NCBI GenBank assembly: GCA_963667845.2
Contig: CAXXVL010000002.1
Span: 1,984,001 to 2,048,000 of the forward strand
Direction: 5' to 3'
Origin: Smithellaceae bacterium
Lineage (GTDB): Bacteria > Desulfobacterota > Syntrophia > Syntrophales > Smithellaceae
DNA length: 64,000 nucleotides
Shown: one piece after another, positions 51,936-60,806 of the stretch
Position numbering within the stretch: position 1 is the stretch's first letter
How the letters are laid out: each line of letters begins with the position of its first letter
The notes under the pieces: generated by a model
The model's database searches: none
Told to the model about the DNA's origin: nothing
The model's input: the letters and a program-made list of their open reading frames with translations, nothing else
Program-made: the position numbers and the translations under genes

Positions 51936-52199
51936 ATGGACGAACATCGAAAAAAGGTTTTAAACCGCTTAAAGCGCATTGAGGGACAAATCCGCGGGCT
52001 GGAGCGAATGGTGGAACAGGAAGCGCCCTGTGCCGACGTGCTGACGCAGCTTTATGCCGCTACGGCCGCCTTAAAGAAAACAGGGGTGGCCATTATCCAT
52101 ACCAATATGAAGCGCTGTATTCAGGAAGCATCAAATGATCGCGGGAAAAGCATTTCGGATTTTGAGCACGCACTGACCCGGTTTATCGGCATGTCCTAA
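51936..52199 (+). CDS. CsoR/RcnR family repressor with CstR-like fingerprint
   Basis: NRLKRIEGQIRGL...PCADVLTQL...NMKRC. Confidence 0.9.
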   Translation: MDEHRKKVLNRLKRIEGQIRGLERMVEQEAPCADVLTQLYAATAALKKTGVAIIHTNMKRCIQEASNDRGKSISDFEHALTRFIGMS

Positions 52200-52211
52200 A
52201 AGGAGATCATT

Positions 52212-53216
52212 ATGAAATCGGCCGAAGTGTCTAAAATGAGCCGCCGGTCTTTTTTACAAATAACGGCCGGCGCTGCCGCGCTGGGCGGGCTGCATTTGCC
52301 GACGGCCGCCGAAGCCGCATCGGATGAACGATTGTCGACGCTCATCGATTTGAGCCTATGCGACGGATGCGTCGATCGGGATACGCCCGCTTGTGTCGGC
52401 GCCTGTAAGACGATTAACAAAGACAAAATCCCCAAAGTTGCCGACGACATTCCCGAACCCTGGCCGAGAAAAACCATTGAAGACTGGTCCGAAAAGCAGT
52501 CGGTAACCAACCGGCTGACGCCTTATAACTACATCTACGTGCATAAAGCGGAAATCGAAACATCCGGCCGTAAACAGACGATCTTTGTCCCGCGGCGTTG
52601 CCTGCACTGCGATAATCCCGCCTGTGCGACTATCTGTCCGTTTTCCGCCAACCATAAAAACAAAAATGGTGCGGTGGTCATCAATTCCAACCAGTGTTTC
52701 GGCGGCGCGAAATGCAAAGACGTCTGCCCGTGGGAAATTCCACAGCGGCAATCCGGCGTCGGCATATATCTCCATGTCCTGCCCGGTTTTATGGGAAACG
52801 GCGTCATGTACAAATGCGATTTGTGTAATGAGAGGCTGGCGGAAGGAAAGCTGCCGGGATGCGTTGAGGCCTGTCCGCGCAAGGCCATGCTGATCGGCCC
52901 TAAGAAGGATATCGAAGCGGAAGCGCAAAGGCGAGCACGCGAGATGAATGGCCATATTTACGGCAAAACTGAAAATGGCGGGACCTCAACGCTCTATGTG
53001 TCGCCGGTGTCTTTTGAAGTGATCAACAAAACAATGACGAAAAGACCAGGACAGCCGGATATGAAACCGGATGTCAAGCGCCGCATGATCGGCACGGATG
53101 CTCTGGGGAAAACGGTGCTCGCGGCTCCTGTCCTGGGTCTGGCCGCGGCCGGAGTGACCGGCTGGTTCACCCGTCGCAAGGAGCTGGTGAAAAAGGAGAA
53201 ACAAGATAATGGCTGA
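52212..53216 (+). CDS. Tat-exported 4Fe-4S dicluster protein (FdnH/HybA-like) with C-terminal anchor
   Basis: SRRSFLQ; CDGC...CVGAC, CLHC..PACATICP, CFGGAKCKDVCP, KCDLC...CVEACP. Confidence 0.88.
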   Translation: MKSAEVSKMSRRSFLQITAGAAALGGLHLPTAAEAASDERLSTLIDLSLCDGCVDRDTPACVGACKTINKDKIPKVADDIPEPWPRKTIEDWSEKQSVTNRLTPYNYIYVHKAEIETSGRKQTIFVPRRCLHCDNPACATICPFSANHKNKNGAVVINSNQCFGGAKCKDVCPWEIPQRQSGVGIYLHVLPGFMGNGVMYKCDLCNERLAEGKLPGCVEACPRKAMLIGPKKDIEAEAQRRAREMNGHIYGKTENGGTSTLYVSPVSFEVINKTMTKRPGQPDMKPDVKRRMIGTDALGKTVLAAPVLGLAAAGVTGWFTRRKELVKKEKQDNG

Positions 53217-53985
53217 AATGATTCTCTCTGAAAATAATCTCGTTGTTCGCCATAACCTGCTTGAGCTTGCAGAACATTGGGCGATAGCCGTGTCCGGTCT
53301 TCTTCTGCTTTTCACGGGGATATTTGAACTTCCGGTGGCCAAACGATATTACATTGTTGCGGTTCCGGGGTTAGGCTGGTCGGCTGATTTTATTACTTCC
53401 CTGTATATTCATTATGCAGCGGCGCTCGTTTTCACGGCAGCGGGAATATTCCACCTGGTCTATCACGGGTTTCGCGGCGAGAAGGGAATGATCCCGCAAA
53501 AAGGAGATCTGGGCGCGTCCGTCACCGTGATCAAGAGCCTTTTTGGATTCGGGCAGGAACCGCCGATGTATAAATATCTTCCTGAGCAGCGCTGGGCTTA
53601 TGCGGGGATGGCCTTCATCATGGCCATGCTGATCGTCTCGGGGCTCATCAAAACTTACAAGAATATTTACGCGCCGGATATGTCGTTGGGAATAGTCCTT
53701 GCGGCAACCTGGATTCATAACATCTTTTTCGTTCTCTTTTTCCTTGCCTTTCTGGGACACATGGCGGCGATTGTTTTGCGCCCGAACTGGCCGATGGTCC
53801 GGGGCATCTTTACCGGTAAAGTCAGGCTGGACTATGCCCGGCACCGCCATCCCCTGTGGTTGAACGAAATGGAAAGCGAAGAAGTGTTATCAGCGGCCGT
53901 TTACCAGGCGCCTCCTGATGAAGCGCCTATCGCAAAGGAAATGGCCCCTCCGGCAGCTGAGATTTTGAAAGAAGAGCCCGAATAG
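53209..53985 (+). CDS. Cytochrome b membrane subunit (FdnI/PhsC-like)
   Basis: Four TM segments with His (EHW, IHY, FHL, IHN, GHM); KYLPEQR; GIFTG. Confidence 0.82.
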   Translation: MAEMILSENNLVVRHNLLELAEHWAIAVSGLLLLFTGIFELPVAKRYYIVAVPGLGWSADFITSLYIHYAAALVFTAAGIFHLVYHGFRGEKGMIPQKGDLGASVTVIKSLFGFGQEPPMYKYLPEQRWAYAGMAFIMAMLIVSGLIKTYKNIYAPDMSLGIVLAATWIHNIFFVLFFLAFLGHMAAIVLRPNWPMVRGIFTGKVRLDYARHRHPLWLNEMESEEVLSAAVYQAPPDEAPIAKEMAPPAAEILKEEPE

Positions 53986-54049
53986 AAATCAGGATAGTCG
54001 GCAAACGTGTCAACAAACGAATGGAAATTAACGAAGGAGGTAATACTTT

Positions 54050-54958
54050 ATGAGGAAAATGAAATGGATTCAAACGGCGGTATTAGCGGCACTGCTGATA
54101 CTATCATTCACGATCACGGCACCGGTGCAGGCGGCCAGAGCTATTGATCCCATCGTATCTACGGATTGGCTGCAAATGAACCTGACCAATCCGAATCTGG
54201 TCATTATCGATCTGCGCAAAGTTGAGGATTATAAGGCCGGTCATATACCGGGTGCCGTGAACGCCTTTTATGGCTCCTGGGCCATCAAGAAGGGCGACCT
54301 GCTTAACGAACTGCCGAACCTGGATGATCTGGCCGAAGTCATCGGCAATGCGGGCATCGGAGCAAATTCCCTGGTCGTTCTCACGGATACCGTGGAAAAG
54401 GTTCCTGATCAGTTCGGCATGACCCGTGTCGCCTGGACATTGAAATACGCCGGTGTCGCCAATGTCGCCATCCTGAACGGCGGGCTTAGTCAATGGGTTA
54501 AAGAGAAAAAGGCGCTGTCACAGGATATGGTCAAGGCCAAGGCAAAGTCCTTCCAAGCGGCGTGGAACAGGAATCTTTTTGTCGATAAGGCCACCGTGCT
54601 GGCCAAGTTGGGCAAGGCCACAATAATCGATACGCGTGCACCCGGCTTCTATGAAGGGAAAGAAAAGCTCGCTTTCGTCCCGAAGACGGGGCGGATCAAA
54701 GGGGCCGTCAATCTTCCGGTGGGCCTGCTGTATACGAAAGAAGGCCTGTATAAGGACAAGGCAGAGCTGGCGGCATTGGCAACTAAGGCGGCCGGCAGCG
54801 ACCTTGATAAAGAGTTTATTCTCTATTGCGATACCGGTAAGACCTGCACCTCCTGGGCTTTCATCATGACAGAGCTGCTGGGATACAAAGATGTGAAGGT
54901 GTACGACGGGTCTTCCATGGAATGGCTGGCGGATCCGAATGCACCGGCAGAACCATGA
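54050..54958 (+). CDS. Exported tandem-domain rhodanese/sulfurtransferase
   Basis: Signal peptide; IVSTDWL, GHIPGAVN, active-site LYCDTG, VYDGSSMEW. Confidence 0.92.
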   Translation: MRKMKWIQTAVLAALLILSFTITAPVQAARAIDPIVSTDWLQMNLTNPNLVIIDLRKVEDYKAGHIPGAVNAFYGSWAIKKGDLLNELPNLDDLAEVIGNAGIGANSLVVLTDTVEKVPDQFGMTRVAWTLKYAGVANVAILNGGLSQWVKEKKALSQDMVKAKAKSFQAAWNRNLFVDKATVLAKLGKATIIDTRAPGFYEGKEKLAFVPKTGRIKGAVNLPVGLLYTKEGLYKDKAELAALATKAAGSDLDKEFILYCDTGKTCTSWAFIMTELLGYKDVKVYDGSSMEWLADPNAPAEP

Positions 54959-55074
54959 TGTTAGCAAAAGAAAAGCCTTGCGGGTGAATCATCGGCCGGT
55001 AAAGGCTTGGCGGCAGCCGCGGATAAGGCATGGAAAACTGAGCCGTCGGCTGATCGCCCGATTGATAAAAATTG

Positions 55075-55110
55075 AAATGCCCGGAAATAAGAACTTCCGG
55101 GCATTTTTTT
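55075..55110 (+). terminator. Intrinsic terminator
   Basis: AAATGCCCGGAA-loop-TTCCGGGCATTTTTTT. Confidence 0.8.
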
Positions 55111-55171
55111 GCCTTTTCTTCGCGTGCGTTTCCAGGGCGGGTTTTCCCTTCGCCGCTTCACGTCGGGCAGC

Positions 55172-55594
55172 TCATGTTGTGAATCCTTTTTTCATCATGT
55201 CGTCCGCGTTTCTGAATAGCGCCATCCCTGTCAGCATTTTGCGAAATCCCAGTGTTCGGTAAAATTCTTCTTTCCCCGGCGATGCATACAGCAGGATATT
55301 GCATGGAGGGAGTCTCTCGAGAATATTTTTCATGATTGCGGTTCCGATGCTCCTCTTTTGGAATTCAGGCCTGACGGCTACATCATAGACAGCTGCCTGG
55401 TAGACGCCGTCGGAAATCGCCCGGCCAAAACCGATCAACCGGTTGCCGTCGTAGACAAATACGGTCGCATGGCTGGCTTCAAATGCTTTCTTGTGAATCT
55501 CGGGGGCGTAGTGCGCCATTCCCACGAGCTTCAATGTTTCCGATACTGTAAGCCAGTCAACACCGGCACAGTCTGTTTGAATCTCTAAGGCCAT
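55172..55594 (-). CDS. GNAT family N-acetyltransferase
   Basis: LIGFGRAISDG..AAVYDVAVRPEFQKRSIG, FYRTLGF. Confidence 0.9.
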   Translation of the reverse strand: MALEIQTDCAGVDWLTVSETLKLVGMAHYAPEIHKKAFEASHATVFVYDGNRLIGFGRAISDGVYQAAVYDVAVRPEFQKRSIGTAIMKNILERLPPCNILLYASPGKEEFYRTLGFRKMLTGMALFRNADDMMKKGFTT

Positions 55595-55619
55595 TGAATG
55601 CCTCCTCATGGATGTTATC

Positions 55620-55676
55620 GGTGAATGTGCAGATCAGTGGCGGCTGAAAAACGTCCGCTGGATTGCCTGGAGCCCG
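55620..55676 (-). mobile_element. Degenerate attC-like site
   Basis: TCAGTGGCGG...CGTCCGCTGGA stem with attC-like spacing; both R boxes mutated. Confidence 0.4.
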
Positions 55677-55943
55677 ACTTCTGATCCGCCGATATGCGGG
55701 TACGAATGTTCTTCTAAATGCGGGCTAAAGCCCCTGGCGCTTTAAGCGCTTTATCCTTAATAGATGTTTGGTGCAGAACACGTTTCTGCAAGCCTGTTCC
55801 TCGGAAACCAAAACGGCAGCGCGCAGCCCGTTACGGCAATATCGTGCCCCTATGGCGAAAACAGTTCCTGCAAATCTCTTTTTTCCGTCACGGGATATTT
55901 TTGCTCTTGATAGGAACAGGCCTTATAGGTGCAAGCTTTCCTT

Positions 55944-56303
55944 TCAATGCATTGCGACAGCGCTCTCGGGATTGGCCGCGGTAACTGTACCAACTAGCTC
56001 ATACCCATGCGAGAGAAGGCTCTTCTCGCGCCATGAATTTCCCTTCACACCAAATATAATATTGAGAATAATTGCCAAGAGATTAATAAATAGATCAACG
56101 ACTTTGGAACTGCCAGCATCACTAAAGAGTAATCCTATAATTAAACCAACCACAAAACATCCAATCAAAACGCCAACACCAATTCCCCACATTTTTTTCA
56201 CCATTGCCCAGATAAAGCTGAAAAAGAAAGCAGGCCAAGACCATCCTTGTTTTACAGCCTCAACAGAACCAGAAGGATTTTTAAATAACTTGTATTGCTT
56301 CAT
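55944..56303 (-). CDS. DUF2628-like membrane protein
   Basis: VKQGWSWPAFFFSFIWA, GVKGNSWR, GYE; AT-rich. Confidence 0.8.
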   Translation of the reverse strand: MKQYKLFKNPSGSVEAVKQGWSWPAFFFSFIWAMVKKMWGIGVGVLIGCFVVGLIIGLLFSDAGSSKVVDLFINLLAIILNIIFGVKGNSWREKSLLSHGYELVGTVTAANPESAVAMH

Positions 56304-56417
56304 TTTGTTCTCCTTTCTTGAAAATAACTGGGGTAGGTTCACACCGTCCCCATTTATTCCTTTTAACCAGCGCGCTGCACTGAATGCCAGTGTTCGACCA
56401 CGCTCGCCGAGCCCGAT

Positions 56418-57077
56418 TTATTGCTTATCAATGCGAAGCCAGTATTGGCTGTCACAGTCGATACCCTGCAGCGCCACTACCTTGAGCCTTCGTCGGTTGC
56501 ATACGTTGGTGATCCACGCAAGCGAATGACGAATGACTCCCGGCGTGTCCGACTTGTGACTGGTACCGACCCAGGACTCGCCCGCGTAATCATCCTTCGG
56601 CGACGCCGCCGGTAAGTATGACGTTAGAAACACACCCGTCGGCGTACTGTCGCGTTGAAACGAGTCGAGGGTCGTCTCGATGTGACGCTTACTCCCATGC
56701 GTCCAGATCGAACCCGCGAGAAAGAAATCGAACTTGGTCGCAAAGGTCGACGAGTCGAACCGCTCATTGAAATCGAAGCGAGGTCGCTTCCGCTCCAGCT
56801 CTTCTATGGTGAATAGGTATCGCTGCCCGTACTCAATCCGTTGGCGAGCTGGTTCAATTCCGCAGTAGCAGTCTGAGTCAAGGAAACGAACGAGCCAATA
56901 CGCTACACGGAGACACCCACACCCAATGTCGAGAACCTTCGACTCGGGCGTCAATCCGTGTTCAAGAAGTCGGACAAGCTGAGCCCGACCGCCGGCCTCG
57001 AACGTCTCACGGGGAACGCCCAGAAAACCATGACGATTTATCATCTCTTCCGCCTGAGTCTGTACCTTAGACACCAA
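56418..57077 (-). CDS. Class I SAM-dependent methyltransferase
   Basis: GLTPESKVLDIGCGCLR, FDFFLAGSIWTH. Confidence 0.85.
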   Translation of the reverse strand: MVSKVQTQAEEMINRHGFLGVPRETFEAGGRAQLVRLLEHGLTPESKVLDIGCGCLRVAYWLVRFLDSDCYCGIEPARQRIEYGQRYLFTIEELERKRPRFDFNERFDSSTFATKFDFFLAGSIWTHGSKRHIETTLDSFQRDSTPTGVFLTSYLPAASPKDDYAGESWVGTSHKSDTPGVIRHSLAWITNVCNRRRLKVVALQGIDCDSQYWLRIDKQ

Positions 57078-57127
57078 TCTCCTCCAATTCTGCGGGCCGG
57101 GTGCGCTACTCTGCGGCGCGAGGCATC

Positions 57128-57192
57128 CGCTGCCGATGAGCTGAGCCGGAGCGGCCCAAGGGGCCGCGATCGGCTGGATTGTTTAGTTGATC
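57128..57192 (-). mobile_element. Degenerate attC-like site
   Basis: AGCCGGAGCGGCCC-AAG-GGGCCGCGATCGGCT hairpin with the same CCGGAGC/GCGATCGG layout as 58375; one R box intact. Confidence 0.55.
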
Positions 57193-57279
57193 TCCTTGAT
57201 GTTGCAACCTGTCAGCACGTTAATCCATACCCCTGCAACCCGCTAGAAATAAAGGGGACGGTTTTGTTTATTTTCACAA

Positions 57280-58311
57280 TTAGGTGTCGAGCATATCCCA
57301 GTCATCACCCAACACCCATCTCAAAGCTGACAATTTACCATTGATCATACCCCACTCGAATTCAGACCATGGACCTAAGTTCTTAACGCCATACTTTTTC
57401 TCGACCATAGTCGCTCCTTTGAGAGCGCCCTGCCAAATATCCCTCCGAATTGATCGGTCAGCATGCTTTGCACCCGAAAAGGTTTCGCTGTCAACAAGAG
57501 CGATTTTACCTTCCGCGATACGCTGTTTAAGAAGCTGGTGACGATCGTACCACACTTTATCGGTTAACTGGTCAATTGCAGAAACGATTTCCGCGAGGGT
57601 CCGTGGTTCACCGTGCCACTCACGCTCAATCATGGCATCCGTTACTAGTCGCGGATCTATACGCCTCAAAATTTCAGCGAGATTGATGAGATACTGTGAA
57701 CGAATTTTTGAGAAATAAGAAGCAATATCCGGATGTGGTAGTCTGTTGTCTGACGATGGGTGGCTGAAATCTCTGGTATTGTGCGTGACAAACCCGAAGC
57801 GCACACCCTTAATTGGCTTTTTGTTCACTAATTCTGCATACATTTCAATTAGAATAGCATCATTCATGCTGTTGCGCTGACGGTGAAAAGGGGCTCTTTG
57901 CTTGACGGCGCGATCTGCAGCGCGGAGAATAATGCGATCGCAAGACTCAATGATTGGAACAGAGGCGAAAAGAGCTTCAATTTTGATAACTGCTTCAACC
58001 GCTGCTTCAGCCAAGCGCGGTAATTTATAGTCAAGTTCCTCTAAGTGTTCAATGGCTATTCTTTTCCCGCGTCCTTCACCAAGTCGATGGACCGCTTCCT
58101 TCACGCGTTTAAGTGAACTTGATAGACTTCGGCTGCTTTCTTCAATGACCCTATCCTTGTTGCGCAAAAATTCAACGACAACAATTCTCGGTAAAAGCAG
58201 GCGCAGTTGCCCACTCCGGAGCAGCGCTTCAAGGGTATCAAGAACTGTCGCCTGACGATGGTCTTTGGCAATATCAAGCCATACACAAGTATCCACTAGA
58301 AGGTTGAACAT
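57280..58311 (-). CDS. PIN domain-containing protein (343 aa)
   Basis: LLVDTCVWLD, LPRIVVVEF, NDAILIE, FVTHNTRDFS. Confidence 0.82.
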   Translation of the reverse strand: MFNLLVDTCVWLDIAKDHRQATVLDTLEALLRSGQLRLLLPRIVVVEFLRNKDRVIEESSRSLSSSLKRVKEAVHRLGEGRGKRIAIEHLEELDYKLPRLAEAAVEAVIKIEALFASVPIIESCDRIILRAADRAVKQRAPFHRQRNSMNDAILIEMYAELVNKKPIKGVRFGFVTHNTRDFSHPSSDNRLPHPDIASYFSKIRSQYLINLAEILRRIDPRLVTDAMIEREWHGEPRTLAEIVSAIDQLTDKVWYDRHQLLKQRIAEGKIALVDSETFSGAKHADRSIRRDIWQGALKGATMVEKKYGVKNLGPWSEFEWGMINGKLSALRWVLGDDWDMLDT

Positions 58312-58374
58312 GATCGTAGTCCTCTATACTTGATAGAGCTGCTACTCGTCTGATCGAATGCGACTGTCTCTATT

Positions 58375-58437
58375 GCTGAACGCGGGCGTCACCCGGAGCC
58401 GACCTTTTCGGCGATCGGGTGCACGCCATAGTTGTGC
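58375..58437 (-). mobile_element. Integron attC site (63 bp)
   Basis: Minus strand GCACAAC-TATGGCGTGCACCCG...CGGGTGACGCCCGC-GTTCAGC: AAC/GTT cores and paired arms with one extrahelical base. Confidence 0.75.
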
Positions 58438-58590
58438 AGATTTTTTCTTTCAGACCTTAATGTCTCAGCTATTGCTCCTGTTGGGAATTTGATAACCTAA
58501 TCCGGTATCTTTCATTCTCTCTGGACCAAATGTCAATATTTCAATTACGTCTTCCCGCCCCTTACTATTTCGATTAGTTGCCACACCGTC

Positions 58591-59055
58591 TTACTTGATA
58601 ATACTGGCAGGAAAAGGGAGTGGTTTATCTTCTACCACGCCAGATACAATAGGATAAAGCAACGCTATTGGGGTGCACTCATTCGGCACTGCTGTTCCAT
58701 CCGGCAATTTTTTTTCTGGCGCCTTCGCCATACTAACAGCTGTCGTTGCCAGACCAGTAATTGCAGTGATCGTTTCCGGTATCTTTGTGTCGGTGATCTG
58801 TCCAACACTAGTAATCATTCCGTTGCTTAGGGTAACTGATAAATTAGCGGTACCGTATCCTGGTATAAACTTCACTGCCTTCTTGGTTCCAGGCACTGTC
58901 ACCACCGTAGCAGTGTACTTACAATCCTTTGCAGTAGTCACAAACAAGTACGGCTTTGGATCATAATATGTAAGTCCTTCCTCTCCGAAATCTAGATGTG
59001 CACATCCCGACAAAAGTGACAAAAAGATGACACTGCCCATTGTGATTTTTTGCAT
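58591..59055 (-). CDS. Hypothetical lipoprotein (probable first cassette)
   Basis: AGGAGG RBS; lipobox LSGC; AT-rich. Confidence 0.75.
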   Translation of the reverse strand: MQKITMGSVIFLSLLSGCAHLDFGEEGLTYYDPKPYLFVTTAKDCKYTATVVTVPGTKKAVKFIPGYGTANLSVTLSNGMITSVGQITDTKIPETITAITGLATTAVSMAKAPEKKLPDGTAVPNECTPIALLYPIVSGVVEDKPLPFPASIIK

Positions 59056-59102
59056 AATAACCTCCTTTTAGATAATAGAAATGTCCAACTTATTCTACCG
59101 TT

Positions 59103-59220
59103 GCCCAACAATTAATCTACCGACTCCGTAAAACCCGGTTTCGGCGGCGCAAGACGCCTTTCAACCGTTAAAGAGAACTTGTTGAAAATCAATGCAATAT
59201 AAATTACGGATTCCGTAAAA
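59103..59220 (-). mobile_element. Candidate attI region
   Basis: Minus-strand GTTGGGC core ~50 bp before the first cassette ATG; TCCGTAAAA repeated at ~59125 and ~59212. Confidence 0.45.
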
Positions 59221-59307
59221 GGTCCTTATTACCCTGCAAATACCGAGTCCGCTTTTTCTGTTTTTTTGTGAAGCGTAGTTAAATGTATGTTTTGATGGAG
59301 TGCACAA

Positions 59308-59495
59308 ATGAATTAGATTCTGCCTCAGTTTCAGAAGTACATTGCCGAGTCCAAACTTGCGCCGGCGAGTCAGATACCTCCTACGCCATCTGGGAAAGCA
59401 AATTCATTTGTTTCTCCAATGTCCGGCATGCTAACGCAATTGAATTGAAAATTCAATGAGTTCTTGGTGATCTTAAATGCCAGGGGCGAGTGTAA
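59308..59495 (+). pseudogene. Decayed ORF fragment, possibly the N-terminal remnant of an integron integrase
   Basis: GGAG RBS, then MN*ILPQFQKYIAESKLAPASQIP/fs/SYAIWESKFICFSN...ELKIQ*; divergent from the array; family call is from memory only. Confidence 0.45.
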
Positions 59496-59581
59496 ATTGT
59501 TGCGACATTTTGTTTTAAATATGGTAGTTTTCCACGCAAAACAGCGAAACCGAAAATAACGTGGACTGGGAAGGAAATGCT

Positions 59582-60703
59582 ATGGACAGGATGGCAGAGC
59601 TCAGGACAATCGTTGATAACCCTTATCCCTATCTTCAAAAACTCAAAGACGAGACCGGCAAAAAAATAGTGGGCACAGTCTGCTCCTACACGCCGGAAGA
59701 ATTGATCTTTGCCGCGGGCGCTCTGCCGGTCCGGCTGTTCGGTTCCGATGCGGGCATTCACCGCGCCGACCTCCATCTCCAATCCTATTGCTGCTCACTG
59801 GTGCGCGGCATTCTTGAAGAAGCGCTGTCCGGAAGGCTGGATCTCCTGGACGGAATGGTCTTTCCGCATACCTGCGACTCCATCCAGCGGCTCTCGGACG
59901 TCTGGCGGCTCAATCTGGTGAGAGCTTTTCACGCGGATGTCGTGCTGCCGGTGAAGCTTACCACACCCAGCGCAAAGCAGTATCTGATCGATGTTCTCCA
60001 GAGATTCAAGCAAGACCTGGAGCATGGACTTAACCGGGAGATCACGGAAGCCGGGTTGATTCATGCGGTCAAAATCTATAATGCGATCCGCGAGGGGATG
60101 ACGCATCTGTATCAATTGCGTTGTGACAATCCTCAGGTTTTAAGCGGGCGGGATTTTAACACCATCATCCGGGCCGCGATGATCATGGACCGCGAGGTCT
60201 TCCTGGAATCGCTTAAGGCCATTGTCGCGGATGCACAGACGGCTGCAGCCGAAGCCAAGTCATTTAACGCGAAGAGATTGATGCTCTCCGGCGGCATCTG
60301 CAATCATCCGGATATTTACGACGCCATCGAGTCGGCGGGAGGCGTTGTGGTCGGCGATGATTTGTGCACCGGTTCCCGGTATTTTGCGGGCGCCATCGAT
60401 GAATCCCTGCCGCCGCTTACAGCCATTGCCGAGCGCTACGTTGAACGCGTTAACTGTCCCGCCAAGCATGCGGGATTGACCAGGCGCGGAGACGATCTCG
60501 TAGCGGCCGCCAGAGCGTGCCGCGCGGACGGCGTTGTTTTTCTGCTTTTGAAATTCTGTGATCCGCATGCGTTTGATTATCCATACGTCAAGGCGATGCT
60601 GGATCGCGAAAAGATACCGTCTCTGCTTCTGGAAATGGAAGAAAGAACCGAGGCGGGCGGACAATTGCAGACGAGGATCGAGACGTTCATTCAGATACTG
60701 TAA
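59582..60703 (+). CDS. 2-hydroxyacyl-CoA dehydratase family subunit (HgdB/BcrC-like)
   Basis: CSYTPEELIFAAG, YCCS, HTCDSIQRL, DDLCTGSR, LKFCDP. Confidence 0.88.
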   Translation: MDRMAELRTIVDNPYPYLQKLKDETGKKIVGTVCSYTPEELIFAAGALPVRLFGSDAGIHRADLHLQSYCCSLVRGILEEALSGRLDLLDGMVFPHTCDSIQRLSDVWRLNLVRAFHADVVLPVKLTTPSAKQYLIDVLQRFKQDLEHGLNREITEAGLIHAVKIYNAIREGMTHLYQLRCDNPQVLSGRDFNTIIRAAMIMDREVFLESLKAIVADAQTAAAEAKSFNAKRLMLSGGICNHPDIYDAIESAGGVVVGDDLCTGSRYFAGAIDESLPPLTAIAERYVERVNCPAKHAGLTRRGDDLVAAARACRADGVVFLLLKFCDPHAFDYPYVKAMLDREKIPSLLLEMEERTEAGGQLQTRIETFIQIL

Positions 60704-60806
60704 ATACACAATGGGGAATGGTCGCGGCCACCCGCCTGCAACGTTCAGGGCATCGGGGCGGCATGATCATCCTCTGCTTTTTTGATAATCAAATGAGGGT
60801 GACGGC

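Noticed and set aside
56360..56402. Possible internally deleted attC after the methyltransferase
   Set aside because: Too short, the arms do not pair, and its orientation conflicts with the array
51502..59500. tRNA-Gln as the integration site of an island
   Set aside because: No integrase beside the tRNA, and I saw no duplicate of its 3' end in the window
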